Shown here piece by piece: positions 38,061 to 53,284 of a stretch of 64,000 bases of DNA. Each line of letters starts with the position of its first letter. Position 1 is the first letter of the stretch. The position numbers and the translations under genes are program-made. The DNA comes from the human T2T-CHM13v2.0 reference genome, Homo sapiens. The DNA lies in contig CP068257.2 in NCBI GenBank assembly GCA_009914755.4, positions 15,968,001-16,032,000 of the forward strand, written 5' to 3'. A model generated the notes under the pieces. The model was not told the DNA's origin. It searched no databases and worked only from the letters and a program-made list of their open reading frames with translations.

Positions 38061-38759
38061 AAATATAGGAAGTTATACATCTTTTTGTTTTCCTCCACAG
38101 ATACGTGTTTCGTTTTCACTGCTCAAAGGTATTTTCCCCCTTCCCATTCCAAGAAAATAGCCACGCCATTGTGTTCCAGGGGCTTTGGATGGTCGAATGG
38201 AAAGCAGGTGTTCCCCAAGAACAGCTTCATTCCATTTTTGTTTTGTTTTGTTTGGATGATTAGACCTACTGCAGGGATTATGCCACATCACGTAGAGTGG
38301 AGGAAAAGAAAGATGAGGTCTTCTAGGGGGTGCTGGGAGGTGGAGGCAGAATTGACTTCAGGTAGCAAATTCCTCGAGACAAGAAGGAAGGGAGTTTGGG
38401 TGGTTTGCAAAGAAAGTAGCCCCCAGGTCCTGCTTGTTAACTCCTAGTTGGGTGGATTGCCTCAGGACAAAGGGAAGACCTCTAGGAGCCCTGGTCTCAG
38501 GAACTGCCTTGATAGAGAAGTCAGAGACCTTTGTCCAAGCTTATCGGTGAGTACCACTTCCCTCAGGGACTAGATCATGAGAGCCTGGACAATAAGCATA
38601 TCAGTGAGGACCAGTGGAGGCCATACACCTTTCTTTCAGGATTTAGGACCTAAGAAGACATCTCTACTCCCGATTTCTGTGTCACCTGGAAGTGGAATTG
38701 GAGGAGGGAAGTCCAGAAATGATTAAAATGCAATTTCCTACTTGCTGACGCAGCTCAAT

Positions 38760-38965
38760 TTGATTTAAACAAAATTTGTGATACTTCTTTTTCTCAGAGC
38801 TAAGGTGAAATTTTCACTGCTTTTTCTTTCCCTTACCATTTGTTCATCTGCAAAATGGTGATTATTGTACTCACCTTGCAGAGTTGTTTCTAGCATTTAA
38901 TCAAATGACCTGTGTAGAGTGACTATATCACCACCATAATAGAAGGTGCTCAATAAATTGTCACT
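38760..38965 (+). mobile_element. MIR SINE fragment
   Basis: ...cttctttttctcagagctaaggtgaaattttcactgctttttctttcccttaccatttgttcatctgcaaaatggtgattattgtactcaccttgcagagttgtttc...aggtgctcaataaattgtcac. Confidence 0.5.
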
Positions 38966-39711
38966 AGGAAATATTCACATTATATGTGTTCATAGTGTTG
39001 CAAAAATGGAATCAGGTGCTAGGTTTTTAAAGCACAAGACATACTTCTAGTTTTCAAGAATTTTATATTATAATTATAAAGCTATCTAGAAGTACTAGGT
39101 TCATATCTCTAAGCAAGAAATACAGGCAGGTGAATCATGGGAAATTGAATTCCATTCAATTTCATAAAAGTAAATTGAATGGAAGAATTTGGAGGCAGAA
39201 GTCATGATGTAAGACAGAAAACCTATGGGAAGCTTAAGAGAGAAGATAGCAACACTAAAGGTGAAAGGAATTTGTCTGTGATGCTATCATTAGAAAATCT
39301 CATAAACAGAGAGAAAGAAAATCTTCTCCAACACACAACATTTGGACAGCAGGTTTAGATTTTCTTCATCTTTTTTCTCTTCAATTTTTTTCCACTGCAA
39401 CGATAAGCTAAGAGATTGATTTTATTTCAAGAATAACTAAGGGTATACTAATATGCATATCTCAAAATAACATTGCATTATTGAAGACATACTGTTCCAA
39501 TAGTCAAACAGTTAACAGAGAGGGGACAGGAACCAACAAACTGGAAAAACACACCTGTATTATACATAAAAATCAGTGGCCAATATTTCTCCAGTTATTC
39601 TCAAAAGAAAAATACTCAGCAAGTTACAAACTGAAAAGCTTTGCTTAAAAGCTAAACAAAACAAAACAAACCTTCCATGTATAAGAAAAGCTCAGCCCCT
39701 TAAAAACGAGA

Positions 39712-40345
39712 CTGTTGGTGGGAGTTGAACCGTTGTGGAAGACAGTGTGGCAATTCCTCAAGGATCTAGAACCAGAAATGCCATTTGACCCAGAAATCCC
39801 ATTACCGGGTATATACCCAAAGGATTATAAATCATTCTACTATAAAGACACATGCACACGCATGTTTATTGCAGCACTATTCACCATAGAAAAGACTTGG
39901 ACCCAACCCAAATGCCCATGAATGATAGACTGGATAAAAAAAATGTGGCACATATACACCATGGAATATTATGCAGCCATAAAAAAGGATGAGTTCATGT
40001 CCTTTGCAGGGACATGGATAAAGCTTAGCATCATCCTTAGCAAACTAACAAGGAACAGAAAACCAAACGCTGCATGTTGTCACTCATAAGTGGGAGTTGA
40101 ACAATGAGAGCACACGGACACAGGGAGGGGAACATCACACACTGGGGCCTGTCAGGGGCTTGGGGGAAAGGGGAGGGATAGCATTAGGAGAAATACCTAA
40201 TGTATATGATGGGTTGATGGGTGCAGCAAATCACCATGGCATGTGTATACCTATGTAACAAACCTGCACGTTCTGCACATGTGCCCCAGAACTTAAAGTA
40301 TAATAAAAAAAGATTTAAAAAAGACAAAACAAACAAAAACCAGAT
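39712..40345 (+). mobile_element. L1PA-type LINE-1 3' end (5'-truncated insertion): ORF2 C-terminus plus 3' UTR plus A-rich tail
   Basis: ORF 39715-39921 translates ...LWKTVWQFLKDLEPEMPFDPEIPLPGIYPKDYKSFYYKDTCTRMFIAALFTIEKTWTQPKCP, which resembles the L1 ORF2 C-terminus (...PLWK.VW.FL..L...PFDPAIPLLGIYPKDYKS..YKDTCTRMFIAALFTIAKTWNQPKCP). It is followed by the 3'-UTR motif ...gggatagcattaggagaaatacctaatgtatatgatgggttgatgggtgcagcaaatcaccatggcatgtgtatacctatgtaacaaacctgcacgttctgcacatgtgccccagaacttaaagtataataaaaaaa. Confidence 0.8.
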
Positions 40346-40526
40346 AGACATCCATAAAGTAAAACAAATGAGAAAAACTGGCTAAACTTCTCAAACTAAA
40401 TTATATCAAATATATATATGCATTTTTGCAAAATAAAGTACTAAACTATTCTTTGTAGACATATTCATTACATTTATTTTAATAACTACTTTGATATAGG
40501 TTGACTGGCTCTATTCTATTTGTTAA

Positions 40527-40953
<427 letters not shown>

Positions 40954-41479
40954 TAGGTGCACAAAGTTTAAAAAATAAAATAATTCAACAGAATATTCCA
41001 AATACTCCTTACCTCCTGTGATCCATTTTTTTCTACTCAGGATCAACCACTTTCAACTCTTACCTGTTTTGTTTCTTTCTCAGGTATATGACCTTGATGT
41101 TTCTAAATAATGTGCTAATATTTCCAGTCTTGTTTTTCCCCAGCCATTATCTATTAATATTTACATCCCATTTTGTTTTGTTAAAATTTTTTATTCTTAA
41201 TTATGGATACAAAATAGTGGTATAGCTTCCCATTTTGGAAAATGGTGACTCCTCTTTACTTCTCATATCTATACTCCACCCCCATCCCATCACATGAATT
41301 CTTCTTTGCTCCCCATCTTTCTAAGGTGGTTATATTATTATTTAAGTTGTAACAAATTATTGTATGATGATGATGATGATGCAAATGCTATTCACAACTA
41401 TGCCTTGTAGAATACAATGATTTATACAAATATGATTGTTTTTCCTATTTAAAGCCTGGTTTTCTCTAAATTAAATAGC

Positions 41480-42800
41480 TGTCCTTAAATATTTTTATAT
41501 TAGTTTTCTATATAATCCTAATTCATACTTTCTGCCAATTGCCTAAATCTCTCCTGGTGTTGCATACCCCTGATGCACTCCTTCTCGAAGATGATAATTT
41601 GTTTTAATCTGGAAAGGCTGATCTCAGAGCTGGTCACACAGCTGTATTCATGGAATTGACTATGACCACACTCCTGCCATTTCATTCACCTCTCTCCCCT
41701 GTCCCCAGGGTTTCATGTCTTCATTTTTCTTGGTTTACCCACTGACTTTACTTAAGCACATTCTCCAGGTGGTTATCTTAGAGAGGGTGCAGGTGATGTA
41801 AAATTCTTGATACCTGAATGTCTGAAAACATTCTTATTCTTCTCTCATACTCAATTGATAGCTTGGCTAGATACAGATGTCTATATTGAGAAATGCTTTC
41901 TTTCAGAATTTTTAAGATGTTGCTTTTCTAACTTCCAGTGTGCTGCTGAAAAATCCAAGGCTATTCAGATTCTTGGTCTTTTTAGGTGACCATTTCCCCT
42001 CCTCTTTGGAAGCTTGCCTTTGTCCCCAGTTTTAAGACTTTGTGATGATGTGACTTCAGTATGGTTTACTCTTAGCCATCATCTGCACACTATGAATTCT
42101 CTTTTAATCAGAATACTTAGGTCATTCTGTTCTGAGAAACTCACTTGAAATACTTCTTAAATAATTTTCTCAGCCTTATTTTCTCTGTTCTATTTCTTGA
42201 GAACTCTTATTTGAATATTGAACTTATGAACTTGTCCTCTAAGTTTCTGATTTTTTTCTTCTCTTTTTTATTTTTGGTTCTGCTTTCTGGAAGATTTCTC
42301 CAATTTTATTTTGTGAAACTTCTATTGAGTTTGTCATTTATGCCATTACGTATATTTTTCTTTTCACTCAGCACGTTCTAGTCTCACCATTATATTTTTA
42401 AAGAATCTAATCTTTTATATTTTTATTTATTGGATATTCCTTTTCTTATGGCAGGCTATACTTGTTTCATGGAAACAATATCTTCTCATAGTTCCCTGAG
42501 GATATTAATGATAATACATTTTCTTCCCTCTGTGTCATCTCTGGTTCTTTTGGTTTGCTTACACTTTAACTTTGTTTTCTATTTTTTGTATTAGATGTCT
42601 TAAGTATCTAGTGATCCTTCATTGTTTGCATATATTTAAGAATATGGCTCACTTAGAGTGTGTACGTGGAGATTGTGAACTTTGTTGTGGGGATATCTGT
42701 GTAGGTCAGTGTCATGTAATATTGTTAGCAGTGGCAAATCTGTACAGGTGTGCAGTGACTCAATTCTTGCCTCCTCTGAGGAAAGAATTTGGCTAAGGGG
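41480..42800 (-). mobile_element. Probable ancient L1 (L1M) coding-region fragment, antisense (tentative)
   Basis: The + strand is T-rich. Segments such as ...gtgctgctgaaaaatccaaggctattcagattcttggtc... and ...gatagcttggctagatacagatgtctatattgag... resemble antisense L1 ORF sequence as I recall it. No ORF is retained. Confidence 0.35.
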
Positions 42801-43875
42801 CATAAGATAGACTGAGAGACTGAGGCAACTTTTAGAGCAGGAGTGAAAGTTTATTAAAAAGTTTCAGCGCAGGAATGAAAGGAAGTAAAATGCACTTGAA
42901 AGAGGGCCAAGTGGGCAACTTGAGAGCTCCAAGGGCCCTGTCTGACCCTTGACTTGGGATTTTATACATTGCTGTGATTCTGGGATTTGCATTTCTTTTT
43001 CCCTAACTCTTCCTTTGGGGTGGGCCCTCCGCATGTGCAGTGGCTTGCCAGCACTTGGGCTGGGCTGCATGCACAGTGAATTTACTGAAGTTGTACACAT
43101 GTTCACTTGAGGTGTTTTTCCCTTACCAATCGAGCGTACTTAGAGGCAAGTCATATACCATTTATGTCCTGCCATTTTGCCTCAGTCCACATGCTTGAGC
43201 CCACTTGCCCAACCCCTGATATTTTATTGGGAACCTGCTGATAAACAGCTTCAGCTATTTTCTGGCTATTTCCTTGGCACCAGCTGCAACCAATTATTAT
43301 TTTAGAGAGACAGTTTTAACAACTGCCTGACCATCACCTGATGGTCGTCTGACATTCCTCGGGGTTGGGGGGCAACCCTCTTCTGCCCTGCTCATGTCTG
43401 CCTGGCTACCTGCTCTAACAATATAACTTTTTATGATGTTGAACATGTTCTATATTTGCACTGTCCGATGCTATAGCTACTAGCCACATGTGCCTATTGA
43501 TCACTTGAAATGTGACTAGTGTGACTGAGGAACTGGTGTTTTAATTTTACTTAATTTTATTACTTTAAGTTTTAGAATAAATTGCCACAAGCGTCTACTT
43601 CCTACTTCATCGGACAACACAGATCTAGGCTATCTCTGAATTTTTTCTATAGCCAGTTTGGTGGATTCATTAGATAAAGAGTTTTTAACTCCTTTCTGGA
43701 AGATTTAGGCCTGATTGCTAGCATGAATGAATTTTAGTTTTTAATATGTCAACATCTACCTAATCCTAATTTTCTGTTCAGTATTGCAGTTCTCACTTCT
43801 CCCAGCACCCTCTGTGTTAGCTTTGCCCAAAAAATAAATTTCCAGGCTTTTCTTGAAAGTAGATAGGAGACTTGA

Positions 43876-44348
<473 letters not shown>

Positions 44349-44634
44349 TTCTTTTTCTTTTTTCCGTCACATGGGCTGGAGTGCAGTGGCACGATCACAC
44401 TCACTGCAACCTTGAACTCTCAAGCTCAAGCAATCATCCTGCTTCAGCCTCCTGAGTGGCTGGGACTACAGGTGTGAGCCACCATGCCTGACTAATTTAT
44501 TTTTGCTTTTATCTTTTGTAGAGACAAGGGTCTCACTACGTTGCCCAGACTGGTCTCGAACTCCTGAGCTCAAGCAATCCCGCCCCAGCCTCCCAAAGTG
44601 CTCAGATTATAGGCATGAGCCACCACACCTGGCC
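44349..44634 (-). mobile_element. Alu SINE, minus strand (second of tandem pair)
   Basis: ttctttttcttttttccgtcacatgggctggagtgcagtggcacgatcacactcactgcaacc...gattataggcatgagccaccacacctggcc. Confidence 0.8.
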
Positions 44635-46989
44635 CCAACTTCCAAGTTTTGATGCTGTTGTCTCTTCCCTCATTTTTGGTCCCTATAATTTTATGTTCTG
44701 GAAAAAAAAAACTCTTTATCATGTTTTAGTGGGGGTTCAAAACACAAATGAATATGTTCATTTAGCCATCTTTACTCCAGCGTTGGTTTATTTCATATGT
44801 GAATCTATATTTATAATCTTTCCAATATAATCACTTAGTCTACTGTTTTTTAAGTTGTCCTTTAAATGGAACATTTACAGTGTTACCCAACTGTTATAAT
44901 TTAGAATTCATACCTCCAGGAATCATTACAAATCCGTGTAAAATATTTTTGTCTTCTTTTTTTACCAACGCCATCAGCTGATCCCTATAAGCATTTTAAA
45001 CTTGCACTGATTGAGACTGAATCAGAACATCGTGTCTTCTCACAATGAGCTTTTCAAAATAATTGGATAGGCCTCTCATAACAGGAAAGATTTTGTACAG
45101 ATTAAAATATAAGGTGAATTCTTGTATCTCTAAGAAAAAAATGGGAAAAACTACACTTTATATTCATACATATATAATTAGCTGTTCAAAATAATTGAAT
45201 AGGACTCCTATAACTGGATAGATTTTATAAAGACTCCAATATAAGGGAATTCATTTTATTTGTATGAAAAAATGTTCAGGGGAAATGTCATCTTACATTG
45301 AAGTATTTATGGTATTTAGGCAAATCTGCACAAAATATAAAGTATTAGTGTGACTTAAATACATAATCATTGCTACTGTGTTTTCTTTTCTCTTCTCCCA
45401 CTGTAGGGGTGGTCATCAATAATGACTACAGTTGTACATTTTCCTGAGCATAAAGATTCTGATTAGCTATAAAAGTGCCATTGATTGTACCTCCATGTTC
45501 ACGGGATTGGGCATAAGCCCATTATATTTAAGGGAATATCTGACGAGGGGGATAAGCAGAGTCATAGGAAGAGTAAGCCATTCTAACCTTACAAGGGGCT
45601 ACATTTTGAAACTTACATTTCAGCTTGTACCTTTTCTGGAATGGTATGATTTATTTCTGCTCCTTGTTTTCTAACTGTAAACTGACTTTTCTTGCAAAAT
45701 AAAGATGGCGGCTCATCTCTTAAACGCCACGGGTGGACCCAGTCAAGGCCCATGCTTAGAACCTTCAAAGCCCACCAGTCTTCGAGAATGTTTCTTTGGG
45801 GAAAAAGTAACCAGAGCTAGCTGCTTTTGCTTGCATGCCCTTTGGGTGCTAAAAATGAGCCTTGGTGTACAGCTCTTCTGTTTTTGCTGGACCTACTGTA
45901 TGACTTCTGTGTAAATCTTGACAGTTGGCAAATCACGCTTATGTTTGTTTTTCTGTTCAGTGGTTGAAGCTATTGCTGCACCCTCATTGTTCTTTCTTTT
46001 CCCTGAATTCCTACCCCACCCAGAATTTGTAACACACAATTTTCTATCTAATTATATAGTGTCGTTTTGTTGCTACTTGCTTCAGGTAGTCCCACTCTCC
46101 CTACCTCCTTCCTTCCCGCCTCCATCTAACTAAACCGTGGTGGTTCAGAAGACAAAAGTCAGGCATTGTCTGTCTTTGTAACCCCCACGTGCTGCTTGCA
46201 GAGACACTCGGATAATAAGACTCTTGCAGGGAGAAAATTTCCCCTTTGCCCTCTAAAGACTCACTGAAAATCAACAGACAAAAAGCACATTAATAAAAGA
46301 AAACGCATACAGAATTTATTTGATGTGCACAGGATGGGAGAATTGCTGGAGAATGATTACCCAATAACCCAGGGTGGTATAGAAGCTTATATATGCTTTT
46401 TCCCAGGGGAGGGGAGAGATGAGGAACGTGGAAAATTCTTTTGAGGGGCAGCAAATCATTTGAGAGAATGAATGGACCCAGAAGATGGGAGGCAGACATT
46501 TTGGGAAGGTGAGAGGTGGGGCTGCACAGGAATGAAGGTTGACTTATTATGAAGCAAAGTCCTCTAGGTAATCACTTGGAGCTGTCCTCAGAAGGATAGA
46601 TGAAAATTCTGTTGGGGACATGGTGATGACTCCCAGTCTCTTCTTTTCTCTGGTGGTTGATCCTCCCTGGTTGTTTGATGAGATTCCCTAGAAAAGGGGT
46701 TTAAGACAATTACAATTCTTTTGGAAAGAAATTTTCTTGGTCAGATAAGGACATTCCAGAAAGAATCACTCCCTGTGCTTGAGGTGGAGGAACAAGTCAA
46801 GGTTAGAAGGACCTTGATTCTGAGGCAGCTTCTAAGTCCTCTCAACATTTCAAAGCACCAGTCTTTGGGGTATCGCTTTCTGAGCCCCAACACTCTCATA
46901 GCGAGAGACATGACTATCGCATGTGTTACCATTTATAGTGTACATCCTCTGTCTCAAGTGCTGTGAAAGCACTTCATGTATTATTTCTC

Positions 46990-47170
46990 ATTCTTACATA
47001 GATCCTTCAAGGGGAATGACATTTTTACTGCCTTTCCCAGTTGAATCTAAGACTCAGAGAAGGCCAGTAAATTCCATACAGCTAGAAAGCATCAGTCAGG
47101 ATTTGAAGCCAGGTTGAACCCAGCATTTGAATCCATGCTCTTTCTACACTTGTAGTATACCAACTCCTTT
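46990..47170 (-). mobile_element. MIR SINE, minus strand
   Basis: ...tttactgcctttcccagttgaatctaagactcagagaaggccagtaaattccatacagctagaaagcatcagtcaggatttgaagccaggttgaacccagcatttgaatccatgctc resembles the reverse complement of the MIR core (ttttacagatgaggaaactgaggcacagagaggttaagtgacttgcccaaggtcacacagctagtaagtggcagagccgggatttgaacccagg). Confidence 0.5.
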
Positions 47171-48418
47171 CATTCTCAGAACTCACATAAGGTCTGCATA
47201 TTACAGATAAGCTTATTCTACAAGCATATTCTAGCAGCATTATTGAATTTTCATCTAGAGCTGTAATGTGGACTACTAACCTAGATAGAATCGAAATCCA
47301 TCTAGGATGGACTGGATGCTGAGACATATAATGTTAGCTCTGTCCTTTTGGGAATTAGGTGACCAGTTTTCCAAGCAAATGTACTTGTCTCCTTAGGGCC
47401 ATTGGATCCTGGTGAGAACCTGGGAGAGTCAAGATATCATCAATGAGCAGCCTGGTTCTGAAATTCAGAACCCCTCCTGAGTCTAACAATGGCAGAAAGC
47501 TCTTAACTTATTCTTCATTTCCTTCTCTGCATTCCTTACTCCCCAGATTTAAAAACGACACTCTCTCCATGATATAATCATGGGCAAGCACTCTGAGTTG
47601 AGTGTCAGAGGTATTTTATTTGTCTTGGGAAGATGTAAATTCCTGGGTGTGTACAGATTCCAGTGGCTTTCCGAGGGAAAGAGCATGCTGCTTTTCTTAA
47701 GAAAGGCCACCAATGGGAATGATTTCTGGTGATGCAATGTTGATATTTTAGTACCATTCTAGAAAAGGGAAGAGGTGGGGTTTCTCTGGAGCCAGATTAA
47801 CTCATAATTAGTTCTCACGCAGCCTGCTTAAGTAATTATGGTGAAACCAAATCACATTACTTTTTTCTCCTGTTCCTGATAAAAGCTTCAACCCCACTCC
47901 TTCTGCCCCATAGGGCACTTGGCTGGCCATCATACCCTACACTACAGGCACTATTCTTCAGTTCTGTTTCCAGGCTACAACTGTCACTGTGTAAAATAAG
48001 AAGTGTGGGGGAAAAATGTACACCTCTCGGTCTCACTACTTCAGAGGCACCTAGCAACCCTGTCTCCAGGCAGGCAGCACGCATCTCCCTGGTAGTTTAC
48101 AGCCCACTCACAGCAGAGGCGGCATGCTCTCTGCAAATAGCCTACGTCTTTGCTGGTGCCAGCTTGGCGGTGGGGTGGTGGTGTCATTTGGTGTCCTCAG
48201 GGACGTTTGGTTCTTGTTCTGGGAAGACTAGGGCAAAGCAATGACTATTTCACCAAAACTGCCTGAGGGATTAGAAATTAGGTCAAGCAGTTCTGTACTT
48301 GGGGTTGCATTGTCTAAAATCAAAAGCAATGGTTTTTAATCTTTGTTTTTCTCCAGTCTTTGGGACATTTCTGTCATAAACCTTCCAGTATGCTTGGGAA
48401 GATAGAAAAGGATGTTTA

Positions 48419-49057
<639 letters not shown>

Positions 49058-49530
49058 GAAGGTGTATCTATGCAATGAGCAACTCTGCTGGCCACTTTGT
49101 CTATCTGTCAGCCCACTAACAATGATACACATCAACCATTCTCACATCCATCCTCTGCTTCTAGAATGTCAGCTGGGCTGAAGAGCATCTTGCACTGGTT
49201 TACCAACAAGCCCACATGAACATTCCATTTCAGGCTCAAGTACCACAGGATATTATACATAGATGCTGAGACTTTAAATTAGATTTCTGTACCTGAGGGA
49301 ATTTGTAAAGAGTCTTTGTTTCTTAACTTCTTGTATTTGACTTCATTTTAAGCTCCCCCCCTGGAAGAAGGGCCTTGGAGAATGAAAGTTGTGTCTCTTT
49401 GGGAGGCACACAAAGCTTTTCCTATGTGGTAATTGATTAAAGAATGGAAGAATGCAGGCTTTTAGGAATATAAGGCTTGGGAAACTGAGTCCTGCTGGGT
49501 AGAGAGATGATCTCAAGATATCAGGAAAGG

Positions 49531-49872
<342 letters not shown>

Positions 49873-49879
49873 TCATTCA

Positions 49880-50000
49880 CTCATTCACAGAACAGTTATT
49901 GAATTCCTACCACGCGCCAGGCCCTCTGCTAGCAAGGGAAACAAATATGAATGACAAGTGTAATCCACAAGCTCATAGTCTACAGGATATTTTAGTAAAA
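49880..50000 (-). mobile_element. MIR-like SINE fragment (tentative)
   Basis: ...gtcattcactcattcacagaacagttattgaattcctaccacgcgccaggccctctgctagcaagggaaacaaatatgaatgacaagtgtaatccacaagctcatagtctacagg has the reversed ttcattcattcaacaaatatttattgagcacctactatgtgccaggc motif. Confidence 0.4.
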
Positions 50001-51039
50001 GCAATAATTAGAAACAATGTCAGATTTGTTGTAATGCAAGGAAGTGCATAGCCCTTTGGAATCTCAGACAGTAATGGGAGACCTCTCTAGGGAGATGAAA
50101 GGGAGGGAGGAAGAGAGGGCTATATAATTTAATTGTTGATAATAGCCACGTTTAACAATTGGCTGCAAAATTTCTGAAAATTTAACACTCCACTCTCATG
50201 AGCTGATAAAAACTGGCTCCACAACACCATGGGATGAAGGTGAAATTGGGAAGTGTAGATATGTCTTGTTGCCATGCTAAGGAGGTTGGACTCATTCCAC
50301 AAGGCAGGATAATTTGAAATACTAATTAGTGCTTTTATTTTTCTTGTTTTATATATTTTTACTTTCCCTCACCAAAGAAGTTACCTAACTTCTGTTTTTC
50401 TTGTCTCAGGGTCTTTTGTGCTGCTGGGCAGAAACCAAATATTTTAAAGAAATAAGGCTGGCATTACCTATCTTCATAGCACCTTGTAGATATGGTAGAG
50501 GTGAAGAACGGTAGACAGCATTGTAGGCAAAGACCAGAGGGCCTATTTGTGAATATTCTGGATGAGAGCCCTGTAAATTTCAAAAGATCTTTGATAGAAA
50601 AGGAAGGAGCACAATAAAAAGACTGAAATTGAATTTCTCACTGGCTGAGTGGAAGAGGGTTGAATATAATTTAACAACTGCAGAGAATTTAAGGGAAGAG
50701 AACTTCCTTGCACTCTAGTGTTATAGGGTAAAACTGATACCTGCTAGTCATACACATGTTTTAACCAGAATTATGACCTGATTTTATCTAAATTTTGGAA
50801 GGATAACTCTGCCACCTGCATAGAGAAGGAATTGGAAAGGGGAGAACCAGATGAGCTTGTTGCAATCATCTATGATGGTGAGGAGAGTAGCCAGGGTAGT
50901 CTAGGAAAAAAAGAGGAGAGGATAGACTCCAGAATATTTCAGAGGATAAATCACAATTGATGTCAATATAACTTTGAGGATTTAAAATATGAGTGGTGTG
51001 ATTTAGAGGCAAATGCAAGCCCCATGCCTATTTTGGTTA

Positions 51040-51112
51040 TATCTCTATTTTCTGCCTGGCACAAGGCCTGGCAGTTAGCAGGTGCTCAATAAATATATAT
51101 TGAATGAATGAA
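51040..51112 (+). mobile_element. MIR SINE 3' fragment
   Basis: ...ttctgcctggcacaaggcctggcagttagcaggtgctcaataaatatatattgaatgaatgaaag. Confidence 0.5.
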
Positions 51113-51169
51113 AGAGCAAATACATGAGTAAGTCAAATGCACAAACAACTAGGCATGTTTTTATTACAT

Positions 51170-52983
51170 TAAAAGACTAGTCAAAAGAATGAGAAGACAA
51201 ATCACGGATTAAGAAAAAAATCTTGGCAAAAGACAGATCTGACAAAGGTCTGCTATGCAAAATATACGAAAACCTTTTAACACTCAATAATTAAAAAGCA
51301 TCCCAATTAAAAAGGAGGCAAAAGACTTGAACAGAGACCTCACCAAAGAAGTTACACAGATGGCAAATAAGCATATGAAGAGATGCTCTAGTTCATATGT
51401 CATTAGGAAACTGAAATCAAAGTAACAGTGATGCCTGTCCTCTAGATGCCTAATCACTAGATGCCTGCTAGAATGACCAAAATCCAGAACAGTGACAGCA
51501 CCAAATGCTTGTGGAAATGAGGAGCAACAAGAACTCTCATTCATTGCTGGTGGGAACGCAGAATGGCACAGTAACTTTGGAAGGCAGGTTGGCAGTTTCT
51601 CACAAGGCTATATATACTCTTACCGTATGATCCAACAATCATATTCCTTGATGTTTACCCAAATGAGTTGAAAACTGCTGTCCACACAAAAACCTGCACA
51701 GATGTTTTTAGCAGCTTTATTCATAATTGCCAAGACTTGGAAGCAACCAAAATGTCTTTCGGCTGGGTGAATGGATAAACAAACTGTGGCACATCCAGAC
51801 AATGGAATACTATTCAACATCAAAAAGAAATGAGCTGGCTGGGCACAGTGGCTCATACCTGTAATCCTAGCACTTTGGGAGCTTAAGGAAGAGGATCACT
51901 TAATGTTGAGACCAGTCTAGGCAACGTGGTGAAACCCTGTCTCTACAAAAAATGCAAAAATTAACCAGGCATGGTGGTGTGCACCTGTGGTCCCAGCTAC
52001 TTCAAAGGCTAAGGTGGGAGGATTCCTTGACCCTGGGAGGTGGAGGCTGCAGAGCTATGAAAAGACATGGAGGAAACTGAAATGAAAACTACTAAGTGAA
52101 ATAGTGAAATAAGCTAATCTGAAAAGGCACACACTGTACAATTCCAAGCCAAAAGTATGGGTATGGTAAAAAGATTGGAGCTTGCTGGAGCTGGAGGAAA
52201 GGAAGGGATGAATAGGCAGAGCACATAGGATTTTTAGGGCAGTGAAACTATTCTGTATGATATTATCATGGTGGATACATGTCATCATATACTTGTCAAA
52301 ACCCATACAATATATAACACCCAGAGTGAATCCTAATGTAAACTATAGACTTTGAGTGATAAACACAATTTATGGGAGGCCATTGTTTTGAGCTAGCGTT
52401 CCACATGAGGCTCCAGCAGACCAGACCAAACTAGGATGGAGTCACTTATGTTCCACATTATCAAACGGAACCTTAAAACGGGCCAGTTTAAAAAAATAAA
52501 AACAGCCCAGGAGATTCCAGGCAATCTGAGTCAATGAATAAGGGAGTGCCCTCTGTTTCAACCTTACAAAGAAAGTAACTTTGAAACCACCAATACACTT
52601 TTTGTTCTCTGTTTCTGATTTCTTCAACATTTTCCTGTCTATAAAGCCAATCTCCTCTGCTCAGCTTATCAGAACACTCATTCTGTTTTATAGAATGTGG
52701 TATTGCCTGATTCTAGAATCTCAAATAGAAGCCAGTTAAATTTTTAAACTAGATTTGGGGTAATTTGATCTTTTGACAGTGATGGTGATTTATTAATGTA
52801 GTTCATCAGTTTTAACAAATGTACCACTGTGGGGCAGGATGTTGATTGCGGGGAAGGCTTGTGTGTGTGTGGGTGTGTGTGTGTTGGCAGGTGGGGGAGG
52901 TGCATGTGGCAGTTATGGGACCTCTTTGGACATTACGCCCAGTTTTTCTGTGAAACTTAAAGTGCTCTGAAAATAAAAGTCTA

Positions 52984-52984
<1 letters not shown>
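51170..52984 (+). mobile_element. Ancient L1 (L1M/L1PB-type) 3' portion (ORF2 C-terminus remnant plus 3' UTR). It carries a nested Alu (51837-52056) and an unclassified ~420-bp insert (about 52373-52800)
   Basis: Colinear with the L1 ORF2 end and 3' UTR as I recall them: ...aaaagcatcccaattaaaaaggaggcaaaagacttgaacagagacctcaccaaagaagttacacagatggcaaataagcatatgaagagatgctc...tggtgggaacgcagaatggcacag...ctatagactttgagtgataa[insert]tgtagttcatcagttttaacaaatgtaccactgtggggcaggatgttgattgcggggaagg...(TG)n...ctgtgaaacttaaagtgctctgaaaataaaagtcta. Confidence 0.6.
51837..52056 (+). mobile_element. Alu fragment nested in L1, lacking the poly-A end
   Basis: ggctgggcacagtggctcatacctgtaatcctagcactttgggagcttaaggaagaggatcacttaatgttgagaccagtctaggcaacgtggtgaaacc...cctgggaggtggaggctgcagagcta. 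Confidence 0.75.

Positions 52985-53284
<300 letters not shown>

Noticed and set aside
37905-38447. Longest ORF in the window (180 aa, + strand)
   Set aside because: It begins inside an ancient L1 3'-UTR fragment (37745-38060). It is Leu/Phe/Ser-rich and low-complexity, with no recognisable protein domain. Long spurious ORFs of this size are expected by chance in 64 kb of AT-rich DNA.
38536-38556. Strong consensus 5' splice-site motif cg|gtgagtacc at ~38546
   Set aside because: It is isolated. There is no convincing upstream acceptor, ORF or conservation that I can see, and the sequence lies between an L1 fragment and a MIR. GGTGAGT 7-mers occur by chance many times per 64 kb.
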